The position numbers and the translations under genes were made by a program. Below, one piece after another: positions 1 to 13,867 of a stretch of DNA of 64,000 bases (position 1 is its first letter; each line of letters begins with the position of its first letter). This DNA is from Octopus vulgaris (lineage: Eukaryota): the NCBI GenBank assembly GCA_951406725.2, contig OX597830.1, positions 32,984,001-33,048,000 on the forward strand, written 5' to 3'. The notes beneath the pieces are model-generated. The model did not search any database and was not told the DNA's origin. It saw only the letters and a list, made by a program, of their open reading frames with translations.

Positions 1-702
1 ATCGTTATTCTCATCTTCATCATCATCAACATTAGTGTTATAACAACATATAATTTTTCTCTTTTTAAAGTTTATTGCTATTTTGAAGAGGTTGCATAGA
101 GTGATTTTGTGTGGGATTGAAGTATGCGTATGCGTGTATGTCAGCAGCTATAGAAATTATCTTCTCTGTGTGAGTCAATATTTGAAGTTTTCTCTTATTG
201 AAAGTAATTTTTCAGTACATCTGTATTCCTTAGATTTTTGTTTCTCTCTCTTACTTTTTTTTTTATATTTATTTTTTTATATTAATCATTTTTGTGTAAA
301 TTTTTACTTCAGTTTCATTTCAGTCTAGTTTATTATTACTACAACTATTGCTACTGTTATTACTTCCATTAAAACTAATGATTTGGTATTATCATTATTT
401 TTTTTACCTATTATTTAATTTATTTTGAAATAGTTATTTGTGGGTCTTTTTTTGTTGTTGCTTCTTTTTCTGTTTTTGTCTTCAGAAATGTCTAAAGTTG
501 TTTATTATCTTTTAACTATTTTCAGCAAAAATTTGCTCACTAATTTTTTTTTATATAGTAGTTTTGGAGGTTTTAATTTTCTCTGTTATTTTCTGACATA
601 GTAAAATTCTATCTCCTCTGATCACATTTAACTATTTATCACTTATATAACAAGATACACTAATACTTTCTCTTCTTAACTATGTATTTTATCATCCATA
701 TA

Positions 703-735
<33 letters not shown>

Positions 736-1913
736 GAACACCTCCACGTGTGTGTGTAGATGCATATGCATATATACTCATTCATAGTTACATAGACACA
801 TATATGTATATACAGATGAACATATATATTAATGAAATAATATATCCCACCTCAAAAAAATTATGAATTGAGTGTGTATGAGAGAAAGAGGAAATGTGTG
901 TGTGTGTTTATGTGTATTTATTTGTGTGTGTGTATACACATATACATATGTATGTGTTTATATATATTATTTTGTTTCAGGTTATTTTTCTTTTCTCTGC
1001 TGTTTGAAGATCTCCAATAATTTCTTATATTCAAATACTGTTTCATAAAACCCACTTATTCAGTTAGCTTTCTCTCTCTGTAATTTCTAAATTAATATTT
1101 CTATCATAAGGAACTGCAGTGACAAACTCTCTCTCTCTCTCTCTTACACACACACATACATACACACACATGAAGTTCTTATGGTTTCTACTGATACAAA
1201 CCATTTGCGTGTTCCAAATTTTCTCTTTGACAGGAATGTTATTACTATTTTGAACTTTATGGAAAAAATATGAAAAAATCAATGAAAGACATATAACAAT
1301 AGATTCTTAGCTTTTGTATAGAGGTTGAGTTCTCATACACACTAATACATGCACATACAGACTCATGGGCATACATACACAGGCATGCCCATACAGAAAT
1401 ATATGTCTATATATATATACATATGCGTATGCATACATAAAGGCATGCATGTGCTCATGCATACATACTTGAACATACATACATATACATACATTTATAT
1501 ATCATATATACATACATTCATGCATACATATACATACAAACATATATATACATACATACATAACATATATAAATATATATTTACATGCACACATATGGTA
1601 CAAATATTTATATGTAACTAAATATATGTAAATGTATGCAAGTCCCTTGTAATAAAATTCCTGATTGTACCTTTTTCTACAATAAGGATGGATTATTCTC
1701 CAATGTTCCATAAGAGATAGACATTCCCGTTTCAAAAAGCAAAAATCGAAAATAATTAAACTAAAAAAAAGGACCAGCATATGGAAATTTCCTACTAAGA
1801 CCATAAAATTTTTAAATATATTAACAAGATGAAATCTCTCACTCTCTCTCTTTGTATATATATGTATATATATATTTATACATACACATACACACACATA
1901 TATATATACATAA

Positions 1914-1944
<31 letters not shown>

Positions 1945-2419
1945 TATACACACATATATATATACATATATATACATACATACACACACACACACATATA
2001 TATATACATGCATGTATACATATATATATATATATACACGCACATATATATACACATATATATATATATGTATATAATTATTTTTCTCATCCATATAACC
2101 AGGACTAAAAAGAATACAATAGATGGTATTAATTGTTTAAGAATTAACCTCGTTCTAAATTTAGTTTCTAATAATTAATAGTTCCAAAAATTATTCTAAA
2201 ATGATACCAGAATTTCATAGCAAAATCTTTAAAATCAGAAATACTATGATTGCTATTGTTGATAATCACTTCACGAAGTTTCTTTCTATTATTCTAGGCC
2301 AGCCATCTTTAGCTGGTATTAATCAGTTATCATCATCGTCATCATCATCATCATCATCGTTATCATTATCATAATCATAATCACCACCACCACCACCATG
2401 ATCCTCATCATCATCATTA

Positions 2420-2855
2420 TCATCATTTACCATCTGTTTTCATGCTGGCATGGGTTGGATGGTTAGACTGAAAACTGGTAAGCTGAGGAGCTGCACCAGG
2501 TTCTAATCTGATTTGGCAGGGTTTATACAGCTGGATGTCCTTCTTAAGGCCAACCACTGCAAGAGTGTTGTGGGTGCTTTTTATGTGCCACCAGCACGGG
2601 TTTCATTTAGATGACACCACCATCGGCTTTGACTACAATCTCACTTGGCTTGACAGGTCCCCTCAAGTACAGCATATTGCCCAACATTCAAAGGGTGCTT
2701 TTTATATGCCACCAGCATGAGTACCAGTTACATGACACTGGCTTCGGCCATGACCATGATTTCACTTGGTTTGACAGCTCTTCTCAAGCACAGCATATCG
2801 CCAAAAGTCTTGGTCACTTGTTACTGCCTCCATGAGGCCCAACGTTTGAAGGTCA
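2420..2855 (-). mobile_element. SINE/non-autonomous element with RTE-type (GAT)n tail (family R), internal ~120-bp unit duplicated
   Basis: Reverse of the body aggaagggcatccagct...ccaacccatgccagcatg...(gat)n seen ~9 times in the window; unit gggtgctttttat..gccaccagca repeated at ~2572 and ~2692. Confidence 0.75.
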
Positions 2856-3001
2856 GTGTGGAACAGAATTCAATATTTCACTGATCTGACAAGGGAAAAA
2901 GCACACACATGCTCTGAAGAAACTGCAATACAAGCTGTGTTATGCTACCATGCATAAAGTGGAATTCCAATATAACCACAATTCTTAATGGTTAAGACAC
3001 A

Positions 3002-3230
3002 TTAATGGTTTCAATACCAACCTGGCTGCAACCAGCTCTGGGACTGTAGTACTAATGTTTTGTTTTCATATGTTTTGAATTAAAATCTTCCACCAAACCT
3101 TAGTCACAGTTTATGTTCCTAACACTAGCTTAATGATAACTAAGTTATTTTACTAAATTCTTTGTTATATTTAAAATCAATTGAAAGAAACACAGAGCAT
3201 CTCTACAGAAAAACGGCCGCAAAAGGGTTA
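3002..3230. mobile_element. piggyBac-like MITE relic
   Basis: Ends in ...aaagggTTAA; a related copy in the opposite orientation at ~47095-47308 also ends gggttaa. Confidence 0.45.
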
Positions 3231-3264
3231 AATTACATAGACTAACACACTTATCTTTTATCCT

Positions 3265-3560
3265 GGAGGAGTTGGTACCAAACTCTTGCATCAAGAGTTA
3301 TACCAGCCCCTAAACTGGACGTCACTGTACTGTTCCAAAGGTCCTGTCTAGATCATGTACTGCAGTAGGTCAGGATTCAAGGGCCCACAGCTATTTAATG
3401 CCTTGTCAAAACATCAGAAGGATCTTCATAGAGTAGGGGTTAGATGTTTTCAAGAAACAACTTCCTTTCCTATTGTTCAGAGTCCCAGATGAACTTATAT
3501 CATGGTAAGAAACTCAAAAGAAGGCAGCAGTGTCAAACTCCCTCTTTCACCAAAAGCCAA
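3265..3560 (+). mobile_element. Degenerate CR1-like LINE ORF2 3' fragment
   Basis: Frameshifted GFKGPQLFN..KDLHRVG..VPDE peptide, homologous to the better-preserved copy at 38706-38962. Confidence 0.6.
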
Positions 3561-4357
3561 TTACATAAGAGTGGCTGTAGACTTCGATTTTCACACATGG
3601 AATGGCATAATCATGGAAAATTAGCAGGACTGTGCACATGCCATTAGTTGGACTAAAAAGGAGGCAGAAGAAACCGAAAAACTTGAATTGGGTTGCAAAA
3701 TAACTTATGGGCATAAGGGGTCGGTTTATCGATTTTTTAAATGGCTTTCTGGAGTGACTGGAGAAATGAAAAGATCTTCACAACCACCCTCAGACAGTTT
3801 TGAAAGCTCATAGAAAATGCGAGCCTTTTACGTGAAAAACTGGATTTGCATAAAGGACACACAGACACACAGATACACAAACATTTTGCTGTTTATAGAT
3901 ATAGAGATGAGCTTTTGATGTCTTATTCAACTATCATCGATACTTACATTGATTATGGAGACATGCAAGTGAAAGACAGATACGAAACTGAACACAGTCA
4001 ATCATTTCGTCTCGTCTGGAACCGTCTGAACTGCTTAGGGATTATCTCTCTCTCACTCTGTCTCTCTTTACTTAAATTTCAGACGTCTGATGGTTATAGG
4101 CTGTGAACTGTGGTAATAAAGGTAGAAGATTTATAGAAGCCAGAGTGGAATCAGTTGAGTGTACTCTTCTGAATGATTTTCATTCTGATTAGATATTTAT
4201 TAATGGCTTTATATTGACATATAATTTATCAGCCAATACTTCTTGTACTCATATCTGTAACCCTATGGACTTGATTGAGACTTTACTATATTTTTGAAGT
4301 ATTTTCTTCATATATATATATATTTTAAAATTTAATTTAATCTCTTTTATATATATA

Positions 4358-4548
4358 TAGGGAGAGTTTACGAAAAATACAAAAGATGAAGACAGGTGGT
4401 GAACAAAACAAATAGATGTATTAGTATAACGCTCAGGAATAGAAAAAGTATTTTATGTTTCGAGCCTACGCTCTTCTACAGAAAGGGACACAGAAAAAAC
4501 AAGGAGAGAAAAAAATGTGTGTAGTGGTTAACGATCTATCATGGTGAC
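4358..4548 (-). mobile_element. (TA)n-embedded mini-element with hammerhead-like motif (Penelope-like relic)
   Basis: Flanked by (TA)n; related copies at ~11630-11722, ~45000-45175, ~48360-48570 and ~61660-61845. Confidence 0.6.
4451..4484 (-). ncRNA. Minimal type-I hammerhead motif, variant core CUGUAGA
   Basis: Minus strand: uuu CUGUAGA a gagc-guag-gcuc GAAA ca UA aaa. Confidence 0.45.
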
Positions 4549-4667
4549 ATATATATATCAAAGAGGGAAGAATAAGTTTTATGAATTAAGATACTTAAAA
4601 GGCAGATTTAAATGCTTCAGAAAAAAAGACAAAATACTTCAGTTTGTATAATAGACAGGTATGAGCA

Positions 4668-4830
4668 CAGGTGTGGCTGTGTGGTAAGAAGTCTGTTTCA
4701 CAACCACATGGTTCAGGATTCAATCCCACTGCCTGGCACCTTCACTAAGTGTGTTCTTCTGTAGCTTCAGATCGACCAAAGCCTTGTGAGTGGATTTGCT
4801 AGATGGAAGCTGAGAGAAACCCATCGTGTG
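4668..4830 (+). mobile_element. tRNA-derived SINE family A, 5' half
   Basis: tggctgtgtggtaag (A box), ggattcaatccc (B box), ...gccttgtgagtggattt. Confidence 0.8.
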
Positions 4831-4844
4831 TCTGTCTATCTATC

Positions 4845-4914
<70 letters not shown>

Positions 4915-4980
4915 CATCTATCTATCTGTCTGTCTCACTGACTGTCTGTCTGTCTACATACCTACCTACCTAAGATAGAT

Positions 4981-5523
4981 GTTAAACGATAGTGGTGGTG
5001 GTGATAATAGCGATTATGATGATGATGACGATGATGATGATGATGATGACAACAATGATGGTGGTGATGCTGATAATGATGATAATGATGATGGTGGTGA
5101 TGGTGATGATGATGATAACTATGATGGTGGTGATGGTAACAATGATGATGATGGTGGTGATGGTGACGATGATGGTGGTGATGGTGACGATGATGATGGT
5201 GGTGATGGTGACAATGATGATAATGATGATGATGATACTGATGATCTTGACGAAGATGATACAATAACGATGATGATGAGAATAATGCTGGTGGTGATAA
5301 TGATAATGCTGGTGATGGTGAGGATGATGATGATGATGACGACGATGCTGGTGGTGATGGTGACAATGATGATGATAATGATGGTGGTGATGATGACGAT
5401 GACGATGATGATGATGATGGTGGTGATGACGATGACGATAACGATGACGATGAGAATAATGATGATGACGATGATGATAACGATGACAGTAAGAATAATG
5501 ATGATGATGACGATGGTGATGAT
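4981..5523 (+). repeat. Compound (GAT/GGT/GAC)n triplet array
   Basis: Begins with gttaaacgat, the family-R tail junction; ~540 bp of triplets. Confidence 0.9.
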
Positions 5524-6037
5524 ATCTGTTTTTCTGTTGACACGACAAAAAAAAAAAAAGAAAAATGTATAGACTAGTTGTAGTCTGCAGCAAATGTGAA
5601 TATTCGCAAATAACAGTTTGTTGTTCTTTGAAATGCTTAAAAAGAAGTCGCACGTAATGAGTTAAGGAGTCGAGAAGTGTTAATTGTCAGAGTCAGTCAA
5701 AACATCTGTTTTGTGAAAGGTTGGTTCAGTCACACTGAACAGCAGTATGCCAGTTGAAACCTAGTGACATTTTTTTTCCTCTTTGGCTTGTCTTTCGTAA
5801 AAAAACAAAACAAAAAAAACAAAAACAAACAAACAAACAGATAAATAAAGAAATAAATGAATAAAAATAAAACTCCCGAAATTTTTAATAATGACCAATA
5901 AGAAAGCTTTCTTGAAGATTGACTTCAAGTTAGTCTTCTATTCTCCTCTGAACCAGCAATCTGCATAGCATGAGATTGTAATCGTAGTTTTATAATCTCT
6001 AAATCTCTCTCTCTCTCCCATATCTCTCTTTCCTGCA

Positions 6038-6075
<38 letters not shown>

Positions 6076-6230
6076 GTACACACACACACACACACACAAA
6101 CAATCGCATTATTATTGACGCATAGGAGGGGAGAAAAGTATGTAAATATCAAATAGTCAAACTAAATGAGTGCAATATGTGAATAATTATATATTTATTT
6201 TGAAACCTAAGAATCATGTGTGTGTATGTA

Positions 6231-6384
<154 letters not shown>

Positions 6385-6432
6385 CACACATATATGTATG
6401 TATATATATATATATATGTGTGTGTGTGCATG

Positions 6433-6463
<31 letters not shown>

Positions 6464-6570
6464 GTATACATACATAGATATACATATATATACATATATA
6501 TATATACATATTTATATATACACACACACACACATATATATGTATTTATATATGTATGTATATATGTATG

Positions 6571-6604
<34 letters not shown>

Positions 6605-7552
6605 TGTATGTATGTTTTAAGGGAGTGAAAAATCAGAGACCATAGAAGTGTGAGGTGAAACCAGCCTAACTTTGATAATTTTTAAGTGGTACCAGCAATG
6701 AGCATTATTTACAGCTGTGAATTTGGAAAACATAAGTTACGAAACAGATATAATTACAAAATGAATTCCATTACAAAAACATTGATTAAAATAATGAGTT
6801 TATCTCAATTTCAATGTTCTGAACAGACATGTTTTTTTTTGTTCTTTTTAACTTTAACTAGAACGCACAATATCTCTAGGGATACAGCCCCTGTCTTTCC
6901 TAATTAGGTTTCCTGAAGTGAATGGCTGCTCTGTCATAAAGTACCTTCTGACTCAACTGAAATAACAGCAGGGGCATAATAATTCCCACCAAAATTCTTT
7001 TAAGACCCTGATGAAAATTTCCTTTTTTTTGTTTTTGTTTTTTCGGTTTTTTTTTTTCATTTTTTTTTTCTTTTGGGATTTTCTCCACCATTGAAATCAA
7101 GGATTATTTTTCTTGGCAAATTGAAAATGTTTTTTTTCTTTTTTTCTTTTTCTTCCTCTCTTTTCTTTAAAATGCTAAGTTGTTTAATAGAGTTTTTGTA
7201 ACAATAGTTCTGAGATTTCTTGAGTGAATTCAGACAATAATCTGAGACAATATTGTTGCTGTGATTATCATCATCATCATTATTATTATTATTAGTACTA
7301 GTAGTGACACCACCACCACCACCATCCTCTTCATCATCATTATTGCTGCTGCTGCATTTTTTTGTCATAATCATTGCAGCATTGATGTTGTAGGTATTAT
7401 TGTGTCTTTTATTTGTTGCTTCTCTCATCACAATTTTAAGAACTAGCTTTTATTTTATTAAGAAAAAAAAAAGAGTGTGGACATGTCACTTGCAAAAACA
7501 ATATATATATATATACACATATATATATACATACATATATATACATATATAC

Positions 7553-7587
<35 letters not shown>

Positions 7588-7669
7588 GTTTTTTTTCCCC
7601 CCAGGAAAATGAAGTCCTTAGTAAATAATGATAGACCAAGCATAGAAAAAGAAACTAAATGAAAAAATA

Positions 7670-7885
7670 ATCTTTCCTACTCTAGGCTCAAGGCTTGAGA
7701 TTTTTGGGGAGGGGGGATGTCGATTAGATTGACTCCAGTACCCAACTGGTACTAAATTTATCAACCCCAAAATGATGAAGGGCAAAGTCGACCTCGGAAG
7801 AATTTGAACTCAGAACATAAAGACAGATGACATACCGCTAAGCATTTTTCCAGGCATGCTAACGTTTCTGTCAACTCACTGCCTT
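7670..7885 (-). mobile_element. SINE family M
   Basis: Reverse match to 26673-26905 (gagttcaaatt..gaggtcgactttgcc.ttcatc..ggggt.gataaatt.agtaccag). Confidence 0.75.
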
Positions 7886-8514
7886 TAAATGAAAAAATAA
7901 CACAATTCTAATCTAGTTGAGTTAATATTTCGCCGTACAGTTCTAAATTCTGTATTTAATCATGTGGTTTGTTTTCAATAATAAACAGAATTTGTGTGTG
8001 AAATATAAGAAAAAAAAAAACTAGGATTTGAATGGCAAATTGTGTGTTTGCATTCTGTTATAACTACTCCAACTGAGCTAAGTTAGGATTGTCTAAATCT
8101 AAGATATTTGTCATGTGGCATGATTTATACCCCTCATTTATCCTAGAGGAGGTAAAGTATCATGTTTCACGCACACCTAGTTCATTCAAATCAAATGCAT
8201 TTCTTCAATGCTTTGGTAACAAGGATAAAAATGAAAAAAAATAAAGTAATGACCACCTAAAAGAAAGAAAGAACACTATGTGTCATATCCCATCTTCACT
8301 TAAACATATTCCAATGTTTTCCAGTAATGATGAAATGATATGAAAAGGCTGTTTAAAACTTAAGGATTCATTTAAATCTGCACCCTGAATCCCGATGCTA
8401 ACATCTGTTGTTACATCAATAACCTATTACCACCACTAGCTTTCAACAGTAAATAGAAGTTTTGAAAGTTTCAGTCCCACTTCCCCAAAAACGAAAACAA
8501 AAAAAGCCTGAAAT

Positions 8515-9030
8515 GTGGCTGTGTGGTAAGAAGCTTGCTTTCCAATCACATGAGTCTGGGTTCAGTCCCACTGCGTGGCATCTTGGACAAGTGTCTTCTA
8601 CTATAGCCTTGGGCCAACCAAAACCTTGTGAGAGGATTTGGTAGACAGAAACTGAAAAAAAAACCTGTTGTAGATACATATATATACATATATATATGTG
8701 TATGTGTATATCGTCCTCATCATCATCAGCAACATCGTTTAACGTCCATTTTTCATGCTAGCATGGGTTGGACGGTTTGACCGAGGTCTCGGAAGCCAGG
8801 AGGCTGCACCAGGCTCCAATCTGATCTGGCAGTGTTTCTACAGCTGGATGCCCTTCCTAATGCCAACCACTCCGTGAGTGTAGTGGGTGCTTTTTATGTG
8901 CCACCAGCACAGGTGCCAGGTGAGGCTGGCATTGGCCACAATCGGTTGGGGCTTTTTACATGCTACCGACACAGAGGCCAGTCGAGGCGGTGCTGGCAAC
9001 GGCCACGTTCGGATGGTTCTTTTTATGTGC
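8515..9030. mobile_element. SINE A 5' half (+, 8515-8670) followed by family R element (-, 8710-9030)
   Basis: Diagnostic bodies of both families are visible. Confidence 0.75.
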
Positions 9031-9369
9031 CACTGCTTTTAGTTTTATGTGACTCAGTGCATCAAACTATAAGATCATTTGGAAATGTTGTCTGAGATAG
9101 ATCGTTGCTTTCTCATCCAGGGAGAAGTTTGTCTCATTAGTTTTATATCAGTGAACTTCTGAAAAGCACAATTTTTTAAAGGCCCCTTGAGATTTAGATG
9201 ACATTCTCATATTTGCAATTTAATCCTTTTGATTTGAATTAGAGGGTATCAATAGAAGAACTGATTCAAACACAGAAGGAGCAGTACTCATGATTTATCC
9301 AGGCTTTTTCACTTGGTTGTAAATGAAGGTCAGTGTTTTCAAGAAAGGCTTGGCCAGGGAGATAATTGT

Positions 9370-9670
9370 TGTTTGTTCCTTCTTGAGCAATGCCTAGCTC
9401 ATAAGGGCCAGTTTCCCGGTTCTTGGCATATAGGTTCCCCACCTGGATGGGACGTCAGTCCATTGCAGGTGAGCTGCAAGATGCGGGAGGAAAGAGTGAG
9501 AGAAAGTTGCAGCGAAAGAGTCAGCAGTAGCTCGCCATTATCTTCTGCCGGAGCTGTGTGGAGCTTAGGTGTTTCGCTCATAAACACACACATCACCCGA
9601 TCTGAGATTCAAACCCACGATCCTTCAACCACGAGTTCGCTGCTCTAACCACTAGGCCATGTGCCTCCAC
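9370..9670 (-). mobile_element. tRNA-derived SINE family T
   Basis: Reverse head tggaggcacatggcctagtggttagagcagcg...gggtttgaatctc; same family as 47494-47785. Confidence 0.75.
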
Positions 9671-11198
9671 AGGGAGATAATTCCAAAAGGGTTTATCGTC
9701 ATTGGCCTCCAGACATAACTGTCTTGAGTCCCAAAACTCATACAGCTGATTGCTCAGCTTCTATAGCATAAATGGGAGTGAGATCACAACAGTTCACCTC
9801 AAAGGGATGCCAGTCTATTGCAAGGTCCAAGAGGTGCAGTTCCAAGGACAAAAAGATTGAGGGGATACAGAAAAGGGAGACACAGAAAAGGAGACACAAG
9901 TGATTGAAGGAGAATAGATGGATAGATCTGGATGAAGAGCAAATACGAAACTATAAAACTTAGTTATTTCATAGAAACAGAAGTCAACACCTGTAATTTG
10001 ATCTTAGCAGCACTTTGGTAAGTGAATGATCGCAATCCAGGTGAAGAATTTTCTTTTGTATATTTTCTTAAATTTCTATTGGTATGTGGTAGTAATACCT
10101 TCGTTTACATGCAAGCCGCACTTAAATGTATGTTTTACTTGAAGCATATTCATTCTAACATGTTAGCCTATATTAACTATTTCACAAGCCTCAAGAATGC
10201 ATCATGTTTATGCTTAACTCAAATCCTGTAGTCTTAAGCAGGTGGATAAAAACACTGATCTTTCCCTAGAGTAGCATGATCTCTATTTGTAGCAAGGTTA
10301 ACTGATGCAAATAAAGCTAAATTTATTGCATAGACATTCAACGAATTACATACAGTGGAATATGTATTTATATCAAACACATCTTAATAGAAGAGTGAAT
10401 GCTATTTATTTTGTTTAATCTTGCTATGATAAATATATGAATCAAGTTGTACTATCTGTCGGTATTGTACCGAAATAATACTTGATGTGTGTTCATTTTT
10501 AAATCAAGATGAATTACACGATAGCTCAAAACACTAAATTATATTTGAGAAAAATGACCTCATAGTACTCTAATAAATCATTCCGTTATTAAATATTTTA
10601 AACAATAACAAGTCTTGAAATCAAAAACATATTATATAAATTGTCGATTTTTCATGTGTTGGTGCTAAGATTAGAAGAGACAATCAAGATTATATTATTT
10701 GGATTGTTAATATTATTCATCTCACAACTAAATTATGGATATTATGTCTCAAAACTTGTTAACATCATTTAAGAAATGATAATATGAGTGAATAGAGTTT
10801 AGTTTATTTTGATAATTTCCGCAGTTTTTTTAATAGTTTTTTTTAACTAGTATGTTACTTTTAGAGAGAGTTTATGATTGAGTTGTTCATTATCAATGGA
10901 GAGAGTGATATATTGTTAATCACTAGATGACATATGTAATAGGGAAGAAATTGATCTGAATCCGTGTGTTCCACATCAATTAGGAAATATTTTATGCTAT
11001 ACATTTTGTTAATAAAGAACACATTTGCAGGCAAGTAAGTCTTCAGCTTGACCTCTAAAGGTTTCAAACAGGGAATGAGTTGATGTCATAATTATACCTG
11101 TTAATTCTTCATTACACTTAACAGCGGCAATCAATGGACCTTAAATTAAAGTTAACTCTTTCTTTCTGACAAACAAATTATAGGAAGAAAGAAATCAG

Positions 11199-11240
<42 letters not shown>

Positions 11241-11246
<6 letters not shown>

Positions 11247-11410
11247 ATTCGAGACAAAACCACTATTTTAAAACCAAACAAGGAAAGACTTAATCAATAC
11301 ATAAAATTTTAATGTAGTGGCAGTTTATTTAATTTATATTATAATTTTATGTATTGATTAAGTCTTTCCTTGTTTGGTTTTAAAATAGTGGTTTTGTCTC
11401 GAATTATATT
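11241..11410. repeat. Perfect 68-bp inverted repeat within a (TA)n-flanked element
   Basis: 11241-11308 is the exact reverse complement of 11343-11410; 34-nt spacer. Confidence 0.95.
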
Positions 11411-11489
11411 ATATAATATTTTACTATAAAATTGGATTTAACCCTAAATCTGATTTTTCCCTGTAATTTTGGATTCATTCCCTAATATT

Positions 11490-11530
<41 letters not shown>

Positions 11531-11570
11531 CATACATATATATATATATGCATATATACATATATATTTC

Positions 11571-11617
<47 letters not shown>

Positions 11618-11728
11618 GATATATATATAGTGAGAATTTACAAAAAAACAACAGATGTAAACAACAAACAGATGCATTAGCTTAACTCTCGGGAAGTGAG
11701 AAAGTCTTTTACGTTTCGAGCCTATATA

Positions 11729-11764
<36 letters not shown>

Positions 11765-12363
11765 CCTGGGTATTGATTTTCTTGTTCAGCAGTATGATTC
11801 ATATATATTCATACATATGCATACATATACCCATCCACCCATCCACCCATCCATCCATCCATCCATCCATGCATACATACATAGATACAGACATACATAT
11901 ATGTATATAATTATGTACGCATGTTTTTAACCGAAAAACAATGCAAAGAAGTGTATATGCTATTTGCTACAAAGTCCTGTTCTGTGAGTCGTTCTGCTAG
12001 TGTGGAATTCTGTGATCCAGCATTCATTGAAATATTGCATGGAATTCGATGAAGGCTTACTGAATTTCATATGAGTATTTAGTTCTCTGGAACTGGCACT
12101 TTTGGGCAGTGGAATTAACTGAAGCTTGATTTCTATCTGGAAATAATTCCAATGGTAATGATCGGTGTCAGATTTCTATACACGAGCGTCACTAGGAGAT
12201 TATCTGCAAGTATTATTCTAATCCACAAAATGTTCAGCAGACTACTTTTGTGAAGCTTTCTTTCCTATCTTAAGATTTATTAATTTGATAGAGTTGCAGA
12301 GGGAACGGTATGGTGTGTTGCAGTTTAATCCAGCCAAGCTAAAATATCTGGTTTTTGTTTCAG

Positions 12364-12433
12364 ACTCTCCTCCTTGAAGAGATCAAACCTGAAACAGGAA
12401 TTGGTCTTCACGCTATGTCAGCAAGTAGGCTTA
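12364..12433 (+). CDS. Candidate 70-nt internal exon of an unidentified gene
   Basis: tttttgtttcag acceptor and gtgagt donor in unique sequence; two open frames (TLLLEEIKPETGIGLHAMSASRL or LSSLKRSNLKQELVFTLCQQVGL); no homology recognised. Confidence 0.3.
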
Positions 12434-13022
12434 GTGAGTAACCGAATGGAGTGTGGTGGTGGTGGTCGGGTAGGGTAAGGTAAGGTTCAGTAGAGGTATC
12501 AATAGTAGTGATGGTAGGAAGGATAAGATGAAACTGCAGGAAAGTTGTAAGATGCCTCTGGCATTAATTAAAAGAATGAGCACACACATGCACACGCACA
12601 CACAAACACACATACACGCTCAAGCACGCACACACATGCATTCACCTACTTGAAGTATGACAATAATTTATCAGTCTTGGTCCTGAAATTAATATATATA
12701 TATATCAATATATATCAATGAATATAATGAATTTTTGATAAAGTATTTTGTAATCACTTTTAATGTAAAAACTGAATTATAACATTTCTCAAAATTACTT
12801 GTGTCATTACTTCAGACTTAAAGTAGACAAATCATTGTTGGAGAGAAGGAATTCTTTCAGCTTCATGGAACGCAATTAGTTTTTGATGTAATTGAACTTA
12901 AACAAACCATTTGAATTAACAAACAAATGCATTGATTTAGAAATGTACAAATGTACAATTATTTGCAGCAAATTTACACAAAGAGAAATATTTGTAAATC
13001 TCAAGGAGCTCACTTTACACAC

Positions 13023-13135
<113 letters not shown>

Positions 13136-13867
13136 TATATATATGTATATATATATATATACACACACACAAACACACACATATATATATATATATAATT
13201 TACAAATGATAGAAAAGGATTGGATATGATGGAAGGAAACAGTTGTTTTACAAAACACTTAAGTAAATTTAAGTAAATAAATATATTAATATACACATAT
13301 TCATTCATGGACAACTCTATGTATACTCACACATACACACTTTCACATATACAAAAATATTAAGATTTATAGATAGAAGCACAGGCATGGCTGTGCAGTT
13401 AAGAAGTTCGCTTCCCAACTATATGGTTACTAGTTCAGTCTCACTGAGTGGCATCTCGACCCAGTATGTTCTACCATAATCTCAAGCCATGAAAGTTTTG
13501 GGAACAGATTTGGTAGATGAGAACTAAAAGAAGCCCATTGTGTATATGTCTATGCATGTGATGATGGTGTGGTAATGGAGTATGGCTTTATGCCTCCTTG
13601 TTAATGTGCTGCAAGATACTTGTAAACAAGTGTCTCAGTCACACATGTAGTGCTGTTCATTTCCTATATTCCATGAAAACATAGATGGTCATACAGAAAT
13701 ATTCCTTTGCCTGGAAACATGTGAGAATTTAGTGACAGGAAGAGTTTCTTGCCATCTAAAAAGTCCACCTCAACAAGAAATAATTGATAAACAATTCACT
13801 GGTTTAGCAAAGAGGCCGTGAGATTGAATAAAATTCAAATTATTATTTTTTTTTTTTTTTTTTTTTG

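Noticed and set aside
4962-5653. Asp/Gly-, His- or Ser-rich ORFs resembling biomineral or metal-binding proteins
   Set aside because: A triplet-repeat array derived from a retroelement tail, open in most frames, with no signal peptide or unique domain.
11021-11040. 4-nt micro-exon candidate tttgcag|GCAA|gtaagt (similar cases at ~10010, and 34628 and 63473 on the minus strand)
   Set aside because: Poor pyrimidine tracts; expected by chance in 64 kb of AT-rich DNA.
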